A stretch of 64,000 nucleotides of DNA from Phycisphaerales bacterium (GTDB lineage Bacteria > Planctomycetota > Phycisphaerae > WQYP01), in NCBI GenBank assembly GCA_027451365.1, contig DAIDJN010000040.1, positions 1 to 64,000 of the forward strand. Reading direction: 5' to 3'. Below are positions 39,769 to 50,665 of this stretch, in pieces. Under the pieces are notes generated by a model, which made no database searches, had not been told where the DNA came from, and was given only the letters and a program-made list of their open reading frames with translations. Position numbers and translations under genes: made by a program. Position 1 is the stretch's first letter, and each line of letters begins with the position of its first letter.

Positions 39769-41079
39769 ATGAGTGACTGGACGCGATTAACCATGAAGAA
39801 TCTTTCGCTGGAGATACCAGCGGAATTTACCCACCAGATTTACGATGACACGCGATTGGTACTGCGTGATCCGTCCGCCTCGGTTCTGGTGGAGTTTCAA
39901 TTGTTCAATATTCACAGCGCCACAAAACCGCAGGCCGGTAGCGGAAAGACCGGAAATGGCCTGCCCACCCCGCAGCAGGTGCGCGCAACCCTGAAATGCT
40001 GGAATAAAAAACTAAACACCGCCCGCATGATGGAAACTCCGCGTGAAGTCCCCGGTGCCAACCATTTGACATACACTGCCCAAGGCGAACAGCGGCTGGG
40101 AACGCTTGCCGATCTGCTGCAGCGGATTCGGTTCGGGCGTTCGGCGACAAGCTGGCGCTTCTGGGCTGTGTGTGCGGAGGAATCCACCCTTCTGGTCGCC
40201 GCCCATGGTCCGCGCATGGCCATGGACTTTTTTCAGAAGACTCTTGTTACCGTGTTGCGGAGTGTCAAACTTGGTTCCGCTTCGCAGCTTAAAAAGCCGT
40301 TTATTCAAGCCGTGGTGGAACTCGCCCGCCAAAAACTGCCCGCCGATTCCCTGGCCGTGGTTGATAACGAGACCTTAAGTGTCGGCGGCATGAGAATCAA
40401 GGTGTCTCCGCTGCATCAGGCTTATATGGAACGGCCCGAGGGATTAGAGGAAAACGTCCGCCAGTTTTTTGATGATCTGCTGGTGGAAAATTCCGCTGAT
40501 CCGTCCTCCACCGAAGGGTGGCAGGCCGTGCGGGATTCGGTTTTTCCGGTTCTTATTCCCGCCGCTCTGGCCGATGCCATGCCCTGTGGCATCGTGCGTG
40601 AAGAATGGGTAAATCAGTTAATTATCGGCTATCAACTCCGGAATCAGTCGGAGTTGATCACCCACGAAAACTGCGCCACCTGGGGCATCAATCAGGAAAC
40701 GCTCCACAATCATGCTCTGAGCAACCTGGTCCGTCAGACGCGCGAACTAAGTATGACGGGCGGCAATAGCGGCAATTATTCGCTTTTCAGCTTTCCGCGT
40801 GATGAAGCCATGAATTCCGCTCGCCTGCTTTTGCCGCTGGTACAACGCCACCTCCGGCCGCATCTGGGTGCCACGTTCTACATGGCCGCGCCCGACCGCG
40901 ACAGTCTGCTGGCTTTTTCCGCCCAGGATGACGCCACACTCCAGTGGCTTCGTCATCAGGTTGAATTGCGTTTCGCCGCCGCCGCCCATCCGCTTAGTGA
41001 TAAACTGTTTATGGTCACTGCGGACGGCATTGTGGGTGATTATGCCAAAGCAAAACCGGAAACTGATTCCGGGGAATAA
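39769..41079 (+). CDS. DUF1444-like protein with an N-terminal extension
   Basis: C-terminal VFPVL...W...L...ALSNL...SARLLLP...PDRD...PLSDKLF pattern; AGGAGG RBS. Confidence 0.6.
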   Translation: MSDWTRLTMKNLSLEIPAEFTHQIYDDTRLVLRDPSASVLVEFQLFNIHSATKPQAGSGKTGNGLPTPQQVRATLKCWNKKLNTARMMETPREVPGANHLTYTAQGEQRLGTLADLLQRIRFGRSATSWRFWAVCAEESTLLVAAHGPRMAMDFFQKTLVTVLRSVKLGSASQLKKPFIQAVVELARQKLPADSLAVVDNETLSVGGMRIKVSPLHQAYMERPEGLEENVRQFFDDLLVENSADPSSTEGWQAVRDSVFPVLIPAALADAMPCGIVREEWVNQLIIGYQLRNQSELITHENCATWGINQETLHNHALSNLVRQTRELSMTGGNSGNYSLFSFPRDEAMNSARLLLPLVQRHLRPHLGATFYMAAPDRDSLLAFSAQDDATLQWLRHQVELRFAAAAHPLSDKLFMVTADGIVGDYAKAKPETDSGE

Positions 41080-41178
41080 GGCGTTCGTATCCGCAGCCCA
41101 ATGGCTTGGTTTCAGACGCGCACCGCTCGTCGCCCCCATTGGCCTGCCGCGCCGCCGGAGCACCGGTTTTCGCTTGAG

Positions 41179-42558
41179 TTATTTATGAAAATAAAGCGCG
41201 GTCGCCACGGCGGTTGCCGTGATGATCATATTCTCTCTGGCTTGCATGGAAGCTGTGTCGTACATTCGCTTGTAATAGGCTGCCATCGCTCGCCGAAACG
41301 CTTTGTGCCGAAGCTTCTTTTCAATCGGGATCTGCGCCAGGCTGAATGGCACCACCGCGTGGCGTTGAACTTTTTTAACGCGAATAATCTCCACGACATC
41401 CTTGCGCGGATGATCCTTGTGCACAATCAGCAGGGGCGGGGCCATCTGTCCGGATTGTAAGGAAAATGCCACTTTGGCAATTGTGCTGTTGGACAACTCG
41501 TTTCGCCGCACCATTCCCCAGTGTCCGCCGTTCTGCGCCTGACCGTCAACGGAATTGTCTTCTGCCAGAAATGCAAAATTCGCGCCCTTGCGGATGCGGG
41601 CTTCCAGGCCCCGGCAGTAGGCCAGTGCTTCGTTTTGGGCTTCCACAATTTCCGCGGCGGTTGGATGGCTGACGGGCCTGGCACCGGTCGGGTCCGCCGG
41701 GTCGCGCGGCCATTTGCGAATGACTGGATAAGTGATGGTGTAAAGGTCCACCTTGCCATGGGTTGTATACGCCGCAATATGCTTCTGATAATACCGCCAC
41801 ATCTGTCGCCGTGTGACGACCAGGTGAGGCGCCAGTTGCGCCGACATATAGAATCGCACAATAAAATCATCGCGATAGCTCTTGAGCTTTTGCGCCAGAG
41901 AACTTCCCTCCAGTCGCAACTGGCGATCGGCTACCTCGTCCGACCCCATATATTGCGCCACCAGCTTGGCCTTTTTCATGGCGACATAAACCTGGGCTCG
42001 CTTCAGATCATCCTTGCTTAATTGATGTTTGGCCGATTGGAGCATCAGCAGATTGTCTATTTTCACCCGCAGTTCGTTGCCGACGGTCCGCGCCGCCTGC
42101 TGTATAAAAAACGAACGCGTCCGGCTTTGCGCCGCTTCCTGCTTGAGTTGACTGGCTATTGGCCCCAGAATGTCATGCACGAACAATGGCTTGCCATTGA
42201 CCGTGCCCAGCAGCGCCGCGACAGACAATACCTGTCCCGGCTGTACAGATGGATGGGCCGCAATCAGTGTCGGGCTGCCACCCAATGCGGTCAACGTTTT
42301 CGCTGCAGCGATGGAAGCCTGCCCCGAGTGTTCGCTGCCGCTGGCTTTCGCCACCGGTTGTGGCAATGCGGTCACGTGAGCCTCCGGCATGGTTGCCGGG
42401 GCACCGGGACTTATAAAAGAGCTTGGCGCTATCCCTGACGATGGCGCAGGGTGCGAACCACTGCATCCACCGGTGGCAAGGATGACCATCGCCAATGCGC
42501 TGGCGGAAACGCACTCAGTCATTCGGATCATTTTGTTTCGACTTTTCATGCCTGTCAT
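41179..42558 (-). CDS. PpiC/SurA-type peptidyl-prolyl isomerase lipoprotein
   Basis: Lipobox TGGC; TVNGKP; GANFAFLAEDNSVD...NGGHWG. Confidence 0.8.
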   Translation of the reverse strand: MTGMKSRNKMIRMTECVSASALAMVILATGGCSGSHPAPSSGIAPSSFISPGAPATMPEAHVTALPQPVAKASGSEHSGQASIAAAKTLTALGGSPTLIAAHPSVQPGQVLSVAALLGTVNGKPLFVHDILGPIASQLKQEAAQSRTRSFFIQQAARTVGNELRVKIDNLLMLQSAKHQLSKDDLKRAQVYVAMKKAKLVAQYMGSDEVADRQLRLEGSSLAQKLKSYRDDFIVRFYMSAQLAPHLVVTRRQMWRYYQKHIAAYTTHGKVDLYTITYPVIRKWPRDPADPTGARPVSHPTAAEIVEAQNEALAYCRGLEARIRKGANFAFLAEDNSVDGQAQNGGHWGMVRRNELSNSTIAKVAFSLQSGQMAPPLLIVHKDHPRKDVVEIIRVKKVQRHAVVPFSLAQIPIEKKLRHKAFRRAMAAYYKRMYDTASMQARENMIITATAVATALYFHK

Positions 42559-42964
42559 TGTACCGTTGTTTTGGATTCAAATCGCCCGCCATGGCTGGCG
42601 TTACTTTTAGCGGCGGTCCCTGCCGTTCTGGCCGCTCATATTGGAACACAAACCGTGGCGAAACACAAAGCCTCGGCAAAAATCGCGACTCGCCAGCCGG
42701 ATAAGCAGGCAAGTTTCGGAACAGTTCGGTTTGGACCTATCTTTGAACCGATAGTCAAGCCGGGGGCAGCCTGGAGGCGTACGGGTGCTCGGACTGTTCG
42801 CTCGGTTATCATTTCCATACTGCTTTGGCGCAATACAACGCAACTTTTCCGATCGTATTCGCCCGCTCCCTCATTCCCGCCAAATAACAGTGGCTTGCTG
42901 TGCCATAAAACGGAAAATACGTTCACTCGGCGCGCCAATTCTTCAATGGTACTATGGCGCGGTC

Positions 42965-43825
42965 ATGACCATTCAACGCCATACCACCCCCCCCGATTCC
43001 CGCCGACCCAGCCGGGCCAACTCGGCCCGAACCGTCGCGGCATCGGTGCGGCTGATAGATGGCGAAACTCAGGCCGCCGAGGCCATTGCCAAAGTTGGCT
43101 GGCAGGATGTCCTGATTGCCTCGAATTCCACCACGCTGCTTGCGCTCGCGAGAGCTGGCTGCGGATCCAGGCGGCAGGTTGGCACACTGCTTATCCCGTT
43201 TTTGCCAGCGGTGGAACTTTTGGCCGCCCTTGGACGATGTTTTCGCCGGGTCATTTACCTGGCCGCTGAAAGTCGCTGGTGCCCCGATCAGGTCTTGTGC
43301 CAACTGGTTAAACAGGCGGACCGTCAGATCGCTTTGGGATTCGTGTTTGATTCCCCTTCCTGCCTGCTTACGCTTGTTTGCGCCGACCTTTCCATTCTGA
43401 CTGTGCCACTGTCGGAACTGTCGGCCGCCTTGGATCACAATGCCCAGATTCGCCCAGCTCTGTCCGACCAGGGCCGCACAATTGTGCTGCCGGATGGTTC
43501 GCATCCGCTTCTGGAAACGATTGAAAAATACGATGATACTTTTCGTCGTGCCCGTCGCCGCGGGCTTTGGGCGCAATCCGCCCATCCGGGGGAACGCATT
43601 CGTCATTTGCGCCTCGCCCGTCGTCTTCGCCGCGAAGATATTCCTGGCGTGGACCTTAAAACAATCGCACGAATTGAAAGAGGCGAAATTCGCACACCAC
43701 AAAAAGAAACGCTGCGGCTTATTGCCGCGGCCCTGCAAATACCGCTATCGGAATTGCAGTCACATGTTCCACCGCGCCGCCACAATCGCCGTAAAGCGGA
43801 TTCATCTCCCGGACCGCATGCGTGA
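42965..43825 (+). CDS. XRE-family HTH protein with N-terminal DUF2442-like region
   Basis: C-terminal GERIRHLRLARRL....VDLKTIARIERG...P....LRLIAAAL. Confidence 0.7.
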   Translation: MTIQRHTTPPDSRRPSRANSARTVAASVRLIDGETQAAEAIAKVGWQDVLIASNSTTLLALARAGCGSRRQVGTLLIPFLPAVELLAALGRCFRRVIYLAAESRWCPDQVLCQLVKQADRQIALGFVFDSPSCLLTLVCADLSILTVPLSELSAALDHNAQIRPALSDQGRTIVLPDGSHPLLETIEKYDDTFRRARRRGLWAQSAHPGERIRHLRLARRLRREDIPGVDLKTIARIERGEIRTPQKETLRLIAAALQIPLSELQSHVPPRRHNRRKADSSPGPHA

Positions 43826-43963
43826 ACATCAGCTTGAACTTTCCCGGATCCGATCGGCAAAATGGAAGAATGGCGTACCGCCCGACTGCCGGAATAATAT
43901 GAAAACCTCGCCGCTCCGCCGCGGAGCCTGGTGGCGCAATTGACCGTCGAATGTCTTAATGGG

Positions 43964-44350
43964 TCAATGGCCGGAGTGTGCGGCATCATATTTTTCCGCG
44001 GTCAAAAATGCGGAAAAATCTTTCTGGGCCGTTTTCAGGCGAATCAGCCAGCCGAGTTCATACGGGTCCTGATTCAGCAATGAAGGATCATCCTTCACAG
44101 CCTGGTTCACCGCTGTAACTTCGCCGTCTAACGGGGAATATATTTCGCTCGTCGCCTTCACCGACTCCACTTCGCCAAACGCCTTGCCCGCCGTCACGGC
44201 TTTTCCCACGACCGGCATTTCCACAAAGGTTACATCGGTCAACTCATCGACGGCGAATTTACTGATTCCGATCAGCACGCCGTCGCCATCCGGTTTAATC
44301 CATTCATGCGTACTTGTGTAAAAACGATCTGAAGGTGATGCCATTGTCAT
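43964..44350 (-). CDS. gcvH: Glycine cleavage system H protein
   Basis: THEW, ESVKATSEIYSP (lipoyl Lys) and NQDPY..GWL. Confidence 0.95.
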   Translation of the reverse strand: MTMASPSDRFYTSTHEWIKPDGDGVLIGISKFAVDELTDVTFVEMPVVGKAVTAGKAFGEVESVKATSEIYSPLDGEVTAVNQAVKDDPSLLNQDPYELGWLIRLKTAQKDFSAFLTAEKYDAAHSGH

Positions 44351-44440
44351 TTTCCCGCTATCTGGTGGTTAAACTTCCAAAAAAAACTGCCTTCATTCCC
44401 GACACTCGGGAATAATAAACCGGATTGCCCAATCCGGAAA

Positions 44441-45550
44441 CTAACTTGAACGCTTATAAAACGGCAGCGGCGTAACGGTTGCGCCCGTTGGCGCGCCGCG
44501 CAAGTCCACGGTTAATGTGGTACCCGGCACCGCGCATTCCGCGGCCACATAGGCCATTGCTATTGTGCGGCCCAGCGTTGGGCTGGCGGTGCCGCTGGTG
44601 ACAGTGCCGACAGGCTTGCCTCCGGAAAGCACACCCATGCCCTGTCGTGGCGTGCGTGGTCCATCCACCAGCAGGCCGACAAGTTTTCGCACTGGCCCGG
44701 CGGACCGGATTTTTGCCAATACTGCAGATCCGACGAAAGATTTATCCTTTGCCACCGCCCAACCGAGTCCTGCGGAAATCGGATCGGTGTTTTCATCCAG
44801 TTCATGCCCGTACAGCGGCATGCCCGCTTCCAGTCGCAGCGTATCCCGGCAGCCCAGCCCGGCCGGCTGAAAAGGTGCATCTGCCGGATTTTTACCCTGT
44901 TTGAATAAAAAGCCCATCGCCATTTGTGCAGCCGTGTGGCCGCAGATAATTTCCACGCCATCTTCGCCGGTGTAACCGCTGCGGAAGACCGAAAATGTAA
45001 AAAACAGATAGCGTTGTACCATGCAATGGTAGCGTTTTAACTGGGAAACCGGTTCTGGAAGCAGATCATCCAACAATGCAATAACCTTCGGCCCTTGCAC
45101 GGCCACCATTGCGGTCTGCATGGTTTCATCTTTTATGGTGACGGCAAATTTATCCGAATGCCGCGCAAACCAACTCAGCAGCTTTTCGCGGTTGGAGGCA
45201 TTGCACACCATTAACCAGTATTTTTCAAAACGTGACACAATCACATCATCCAGAATGCCGCCTTGTTCATTGCACACCAGACTGTAAAGGGATTGACCTT
45301 CGGCGGCGTCACTTATTTTTCGGGTTAAAATGTGTTCCAGAAAATCGGTCGCGCCGGTGCCGCGGAATTCCAGCCGCCCCATATGCGACACATCAAAAAT
45401 GGATGCCCCGTTGCGCGTCTGCTGATGTTCCGGAATAATACCTTTGTACAGCAGCGGCATGTCCCAGCCGGCAAAATCGACCATTTTTGCGCCACTGCGC
45501 GTGTGCAGGTCATGAAATGGAGTTCGTAACAGTTTTTTTTGTTCGCTCAC
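44441..45550 (-). CDS. gcvT: Glycine cleavage system aminomethyltransferase T
   Basis: FAGWDMPL, FDVSHMG, RSGYTGEDG and GLGCRDTLRLEAG. Confidence 0.95.
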   Translation of the reverse strand: MSEQKKLLRTPFHDLHTRSGAKMVDFAGWDMPLLYKGIIPEHQQTRNGASIFDVSHMGRLEFRGTGATDFLEHILTRKISDAAEGQSLYSLVCNEQGGILDDVIVSRFEKYWLMVCNASNREKLLSWFARHSDKFAVTIKDETMQTAMVAVQGPKVIALLDDLLPEPVSQLKRYHCMVQRYLFFTFSVFRSGYTGEDGVEIICGHTAAQMAMGFLFKQGKNPADAPFQPAGLGCRDTLRLEAGMPLYGHELDENTDPISAGLGWAVAKDKSFVGSAVLAKIRSAGPVRKLVGLLVDGPRTPRQGMGVLSGGKPVGTVTSGTASPTLGRTIAMAYVAAECAVPGTTLTVDLRGAPTGATVTPLPFYKRSS

Positions 45551-45778
45551 ACCTTATCCTTCGGCATTGCCAAAGGAAAAAGCATAGTGGCTGGACGGGT
45601 TGCTGGCAAAGGGTCTTCAGAAAACAATGCTTTGGGCCGAGTGTTGCGATGGAATTCTCTCAATAAAACAAGGCTGACGGCTCCCAGGGGCGGGTGTCGT
45701 GCCGGACAGGGCAAAAAACTTTCAACGAACCTGTTCAAGGTTTATGACTTAATCGCGGGGCCGTGGCAAAATACCACT

Positions 45779-46273
45779 TTATCCGCGCCCGTGCCCCGGC
45801 CGCTGGCTGTCGTGTGATTCAATTTCATTTAAATAGGCAAGTGTTCTTTCCAATTGGCCTTTCAAATGCCGCACACGCAAAAGGCTTTTGACACGGGTAA
45901 GCAATTCGAGTTTGTTGATTGGCTTGGTGAGAAAGTCGTCGGTGCCGCTTTCCACGCCACGTTCAATATCGCCGAGTTCATTTAATGCGGTCACCATTAA
46001 AATGGGAATTTCGCGGGTTTTGGCGTCGGCCTTCAGCCGCCGACAGACTTCAAACCCGCTTAATTTCGGCATCATGATGTCCAGTAGAATCAGGTCGGGC
46101 ATCACCTTGGGAACTTTGGCCAGCGCATCAAGGCCATCCACCGCGACATGGGTAATGCAGTCCAGCGTTTCCAAGTAGGCCTGAATTAACTCCACATTCT
46201 GCGGATTGTCATCTACCACCAGAACGGTGCTGCGCGGCAGGTGCGTATCGTGACTGGTCGGACCGGTGGGCAT
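45779..46273 (-). CDS. Single-domain response regulator (PleD-like receiver)
   Basis: VLVVDD, LLDIMMP, MVTA and FLTKP. Confidence 0.9.
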   Translation of the reverse strand: MPTGPTSHDTHLPRSTVLVVDDNPQNVELIQAYLETLDCITHVAVDGLDALAKVPKVMPDLILLDIMMPKLSGFEVCRRLKADAKTREIPILMVTALNELGDIERGVESGTDDFLTKPINKLELLTRVKSLLRVRHLKGQLERTLAYLNEIESHDSQRPGHGRG

Positions 46274-47050
46274 GGAACGCTCCTGAATCTGACAGATAAT
46301 CGGGCTGGCGTGGACCAGCTTGCAAATGATTATCCGCCCAATCGGGCAATCGTTCAACGTGTTCAGAACCAGAGCCTGGATTCAGCGGCCAATTTATTTC
46401 GGATTTGCCTGATTGTGGGCAGATTGGCTCGCTTGGCTTAGCTCTACGCCCCCGCTCTGCCTGCGCGAAGAGTGCAAAAAGGCACTATCGTTCACAGACA
46501 TGGACGGCAGCGGCGATGTATGGACCGATGCCGGCTCAAGCCGATAAACACCGCAATCAGCGGCACACCGCATCGTCTGGCTATGAATAATTCCAGCCGG
46601 AGTTTCCAGGCACCGGAGTTTTATTCCGCATTGAGTCGCGGCCACATGGAAAGAATGCGTTTGGCTTCCAGCCTGGCCTGCTTGCGATGCAGGAAGCTGT
46701 TTTTGTTAAAGCCGATTTTGTGTGAGCGAACTTTGGCTCCCGAAGTGCGTCGATGTGCCATGAGTGGTACTCCATTGCAACACGGACAAATGCTTCACCG
46801 GATATTAGACCATTTTTCATCGGACAAAACAATCATGATTCACCAAAAATTTTCATGACCTTTTTCGATCCGCTCTGGTGGCGCTGCGGCAAAGCTTTTC
46901 ATCGCCATCTGACATACTGCGAATCTGCCGATAATGTTCTTACTGCAAAACGCGTGCCGGGCCGGAATTATTGCAGCAGCTGCTTGGATAATGTTCGCAA
47001 GCATCTTTCGCCTGTCACCGGCAATGCTTCGGAATGCCTCTTGGTTCAAT

Positions 47051-47090
47051 AAAAAAGCCGGTCATCCAGTTTTTCTGAATGACCGGCTTT
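47051..47090 (-). terminator. Intrinsic terminator after nrdJ
   Basis: AAAGCCGGTCAT...ATGACCGGCTTT hairpin with a T-tract on the minus strand. Confidence 0.75.
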
Positions 47091-47122
47091 GGATTGGTTT
47101 TAAGAACAGGTCAGAAGGCTGC

Positions 47123-50100
47123 TTACGAACAACCCAGTGAATTGCCACAATTCAGGCATTTATAGCAACTGCCGTTGCGCACCGTAATACTTCCGCAAGT
47201 GCAGACCGGGGCATCCCCCATCAGCGTTGCCATCTGCTGCGACAATGCCGAGGCTGCCGACTGGCCACTGCCGGAAGAGTGAGCAAACCGGTCTGAGGCA
47301 ATGACGGCAACCACCGCGAGTGCCGGCTCCGCCTTGCGCGAATTACCATTGCCATTGCCATGGTCGTGTCCGGCTTTGGCTGCGGCCTTTGGGCTGGAAT
47401 CAGGCGAACCCATGTCATCGGCTATAGCCACAGGTTTGGCGGCGGGGGCGTGGTCAAAGGGGCGAATTTCAGGCCCTTGCGCGACATGACTGTCCGATCG
47501 GCTGTCTCCATGATGGCGCTGCGGGGCGTTGGCTGCGTGATAGCCGGGGATAAATTTCATTCCCATCCATCGCACCAGGTAATCCATCATGCTTTTGGCA
47601 ATAGGAATATCGGAATTTGTGGTCATGCCCGCGGGTTCAAACCGCATGTGTTCAAACTTGCGCACAATTGCTTCCAGCGGTACGCCATATTGCAGATTCA
47701 GCGAAATAAGCGTGGCAATGGTGTCCATCAGGCCGCCCACCGTGCTGCCCTGCTTGGCCATGGTAATAAATACCTCGCCGGGGCTGTTGTCATCAAACAG
47801 GCCGCAGGTGATGTATCCTTCATGCCCCGCAATATCAAATTTATGCGTAATGCTGTTTCGCGTATCGGGCAGGCGGCGCCGCAGCGGGCGATGCACCACT
47901 TTTTCCACGATGCGTTCGACCACGCCGCTTGGCTGGCCGGCCGGTCGTGTATCCACAGAACCGGCCGCGATGGATCCATCTCCGAGTACTGCCGGGGTTG
48001 GATCGCCACATACGTTGCATGCGGCCGCCGATTCGACTTTCAATGCTTCAATGTCGCTTTCCGCATTGTCATCGTCTGAGGTGGAATTCAGTGGCTGGCT
48101 CAGCTTCGAACCATCGCGGTACAAAGCCACGGCCTTAAGCCCCAGGAGCCAGCTTTCCCGATAGGCCTCTTCAATGTCCGCGATGCCGACTTCGTTGGGC
48201 AGGTTGATGGTTTTGCTGATGGCCCCACTTATGAATGGCTGCGCCGCGGCCATCATGCGAATATGGCCCATGTGGTGAATAAACCGTTTGCCCTTGCGGC
48301 CACAACGGTTGGCACAGTCAAATACGGCCAGATGGCCTTCGGCCAGGTGGGGGGCACCTTCAATGGTTTGTGCGCCGCATACCACGTCATTGGCCTCCCG
48401 AATCTGCCGCTTGGTAAAGCCCAGTGACCTCAACAGGTTAAAGGATGGATTTTTCCATTGTTCCGGGGCAAAGCCCAGTCTGGTCATGGCCGCTTCTCCA
48501 AGCGACCAGGGAGAGAAGGCGAAGGCCAACTCAAAAACCGCGGGCAGGCAGCCTTCGATTTTGGTCAGTTCTTCTTCCGTGAAGCCCTTCGCCTTAAGTG
48601 TCTCCCGGTTGATATGCGGAGCGCCGTTCAATGTCAGCGTTCCCATGACATAGGTCAGCATGTCCCGAATCTGGTTTTCTGAATAGCCCATGTTTTTCAG
48701 TGCCGGTTCAATCGACTGATTGGCAATCTTGAAATAACCGCCGCCGGCAAGCTTTTTGAACTTTACCAGAGCAAAATCCGGCTCAACGCCGGTGGTGTCG
48801 CAGTCCATCAGCAGGCCGATGGTACCCGTGGGCGCAATGACGGTGGTCTGGGCATTGCGGTAACCATGCTTTTCCCCCAGTGCCACGGCCCGGTCCCAGG
48901 CCTGGCGAGCCGCAGTAAGGAGTGCTTTGCCGGCGGGTTGTGCATCAAACTGCGAAGCGTCAATGGCCACGGGCTTAACCGCCAGATTGTTATACGCTTT
49001 TTCATCCGCCCAAGCGGCCGCCCGATGATTCTTCATCACACGCAGCATATCGGCGCGGTTGCGGTGGTAACCTGGAAATGCCCCAAGTTCCGCCGCCATC
49101 TGTGCCGATGTTGCGTAGCTTTCCGCCGTCATCAGGGCGGTGATCGCGCCGCAAATAGCGCGAGCCTTGTCGCTGTCATAGGCAATGCCGGCCACCATCA
49201 GCATTGAACCGATATTGGCATAACCGAGTCCAAGCGTGCGGTATTCATAGCTAAGGCGGGCAATTTCCTTGCTGGGATAGGCCGCCATCAACACGGAAAT
49301 TTCCAGAACGATCGTCCAAAGCCGACAGGCATGGCTGAAGCCTTCAATGTCAAATTCCTGTGTCGCCGGGTGAAACAGCTTCATCAGATTAATCGACGCC
49401 AGATTGCACGCCGTGTTGTCCAGGAACATGTATTCGCTGCACGGGTTGCTGGCGTTAATCCGGCCGCTCTGCGGGCAGGTGTGCCATTCATTAATCGTGT
49501 CATCATATTGCACGCCGGGGTCCGCACACCGCCAAGCGGCAAAACCGATCTGTTCCCACAATTTCCGTGCCTTGACCTTTTTATGCACCTTGCCCGTGGT
49601 GCGGGCAACCAGGTCCCATTCGCCGTCCTTTTCCACCGCGGCGAGGAACTTATTAGGTACCCGGACTGAATTGTTTGAATTCTGACCTGATACTGTCGCG
49701 TAAGCCTCTCCATTGAAATCATAATCCAGCTTTAAATTCATTTTGCCGGCCAGTTCCTGCTGGTCCTTCGGCAGATGTTTCAACCCTTCTACCATTGCGG
49801 CGACTTTAATTTCTTCGCGCACTTTCCAGTTTACAAATTCTTCAATATCCGGGTGGTCCAGGTCCAGGCAGACCATTTTTGCCGCACGCCGCGTGGTTCC
49901 ACCGGATTTAATCGCGCCAGCCGCACGGTCGCCAATACGCAGAAAACTCATCAGACCGGAAGATTTACCGCCGCCGGAAAGCGATTCATCTTCGCCGCGC
50001 AGGCGCGAAAAATTAGCTCCAGTGCCCGAACCATATTTGAAAAGCCGTGCTTCGCGCACCCAAAGGTCCATAATGCCGCCCGGATTCACCAGGTCGTCAT

Positions 50101-50665
50101 CCACACTTTGAATAAAACATGCGTGCGGCTGCGGATGCGTGTAAGCGTCGGTGGCTTCCTGAAGCTGCTGGGTTTTCGGGTCCACATACCAGTGGCCTTG
50201 CGATGGGCCGGTGAGGTTGTAGGCAAAATTCAGCCCGGTATTGAACCACTGTGGCGAATTGGGTGCGGCCATCTGGGTCAGCAGCATGTAGGCCAGTTCA
50301 TCGTAGAAGGCCTGTCCGTCTTCCTGGGTGTCAAAATAGCCATGTTGCCGGCCCCAATGCGTCCAGCAGCCCGCCAACCGGTGGACCACCTGCCTGACGG
50401 ACCGCTCCGGTCCGGTTTTTTGTTTGCCGTTGGCATCCAGGATGGGCTTTCCTTCTGCGTCAAGCTGTGGAATGCCCGCTTTGCGGAAATATTTACTGAC
50501 CATAATATCTGTCGCCAATTGCGACCAGGATGCCGGAATTTCCGCATCCTTCATTTCAAAAACAACGCTTCCATCCACATTTGTAATGCGGCTGGTGCGT
50601 TTGGCCATTGGAATGGTGGAGTAAACATCAACTCCGGGTTTGGTAAAACGGCGTGTGATTTTCAT
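47123..50665 (-). CDS. nrdJ: Vitamin B12-dependent (class II) ribonucleotide reductase with C-terminal TSCPD-like domain
   Basis: PNSPQWFN, ACFIQS, GGTTRRAAKM, NPCSEY, IAPTGTIG, ISKTIN, YRDGSK and C-terminal Zn-ribbon cysteines. Confidence 0.95.
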   Translation of the reverse strand: MKITRRFTKPGVDVYSTIPMAKRTSRITNVDGSVVFEMKDAEIPASWSQLATDIMVSKYFRKAGIPQLDAEGKPILDANGKQKTGPERSVRQVVHRLAGCWTHWGRQHGYFDTQEDGQAFYDELAYMLLTQMAAPNSPQWFNTGLNFAYNLTGPSQGHWYVDPKTQQLQEATDAYTHPQPHACFIQSVDDDLVNPGGIMDLWVREARLFKYGSGTGANFSRLRGEDESLSGGGKSSGLMSFLRIGDRAAGAIKSGGTTRRAAKMVCLDLDHPDIEEFVNWKVREEIKVAAMVEGLKHLPKDQQELAGKMNLKLDYDFNGEAYATVSGQNSNNSVRVPNKFLAAVEKDGEWDLVARTTGKVHKKVKARKLWEQIGFAAWRCADPGVQYDDTINEWHTCPQSGRINASNPCSEYMFLDNTACNLASINLMKLFHPATQEFDIEGFSHACRLWTIVLEISVLMAAYPSKEIARLSYEYRTLGLGYANIGSMLMVAGIAYDSDKARAICGAITALMTAESYATSAQMAAELGAFPGYHRNRADMLRVMKNHRAAAWADEKAYNNLAVKPVAIDASQFDAQPAGKALLTAARQAWDRAVALGEKHGYRNAQTTVIAPTGTIGLLMDCDTTGVEPDFALVKFKKLAGGGYFKIANQSIEPALKNMGYSENQIRDMLTYVMGTLTLNGAPHINRETLKAKGFTEEELTKIEGCLPAVFELAFAFSPWSLGEAAMTRLGFAPEQWKNPSFNLLRSLGFTKRQIREANDVVCGAQTIEGAPHLAEGHLAVFDCANRCGRKGKRFIHHMGHIRMMAAAQPFISGAISKTINLPNEVGIADIEEAYRESWLLGLKAVALYRDGSKLSQPLNSTSDDDNAESDIEALKVESAAACNVCGDPTPAVLGDGSIAAGSVDTRPAGQPSGVVERIVEKVVHRPLRRRLPDTRNSITHKFDIAGHEGYITCGLFDDNSPGEVFITMAKQGSTVGGLMDTIATLISLNLQYGVPLEAIVRKFEHMRFEPAGMTTNSDIPIAKSMMDYLVRWMGMKFIPGYHAANAPQRHHGDSRSDSHVAQGPEIRPFDHAPAAKPVAIADDMGSPDSSPKAAAKAGHDHGNGNGNSRKAEPALAVVAVIASDRFAHSSGSGQSAASALSQQMATLMGDAPVCTCGSITVRNGSCYKCLNCGNSLGCS

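Noticed and set aside
45551..45778. Glycine riboswitch upstream of gcvT
   Set aside because: No GGAGA...CCGAAG...CTCTCAGG aptamer pattern found
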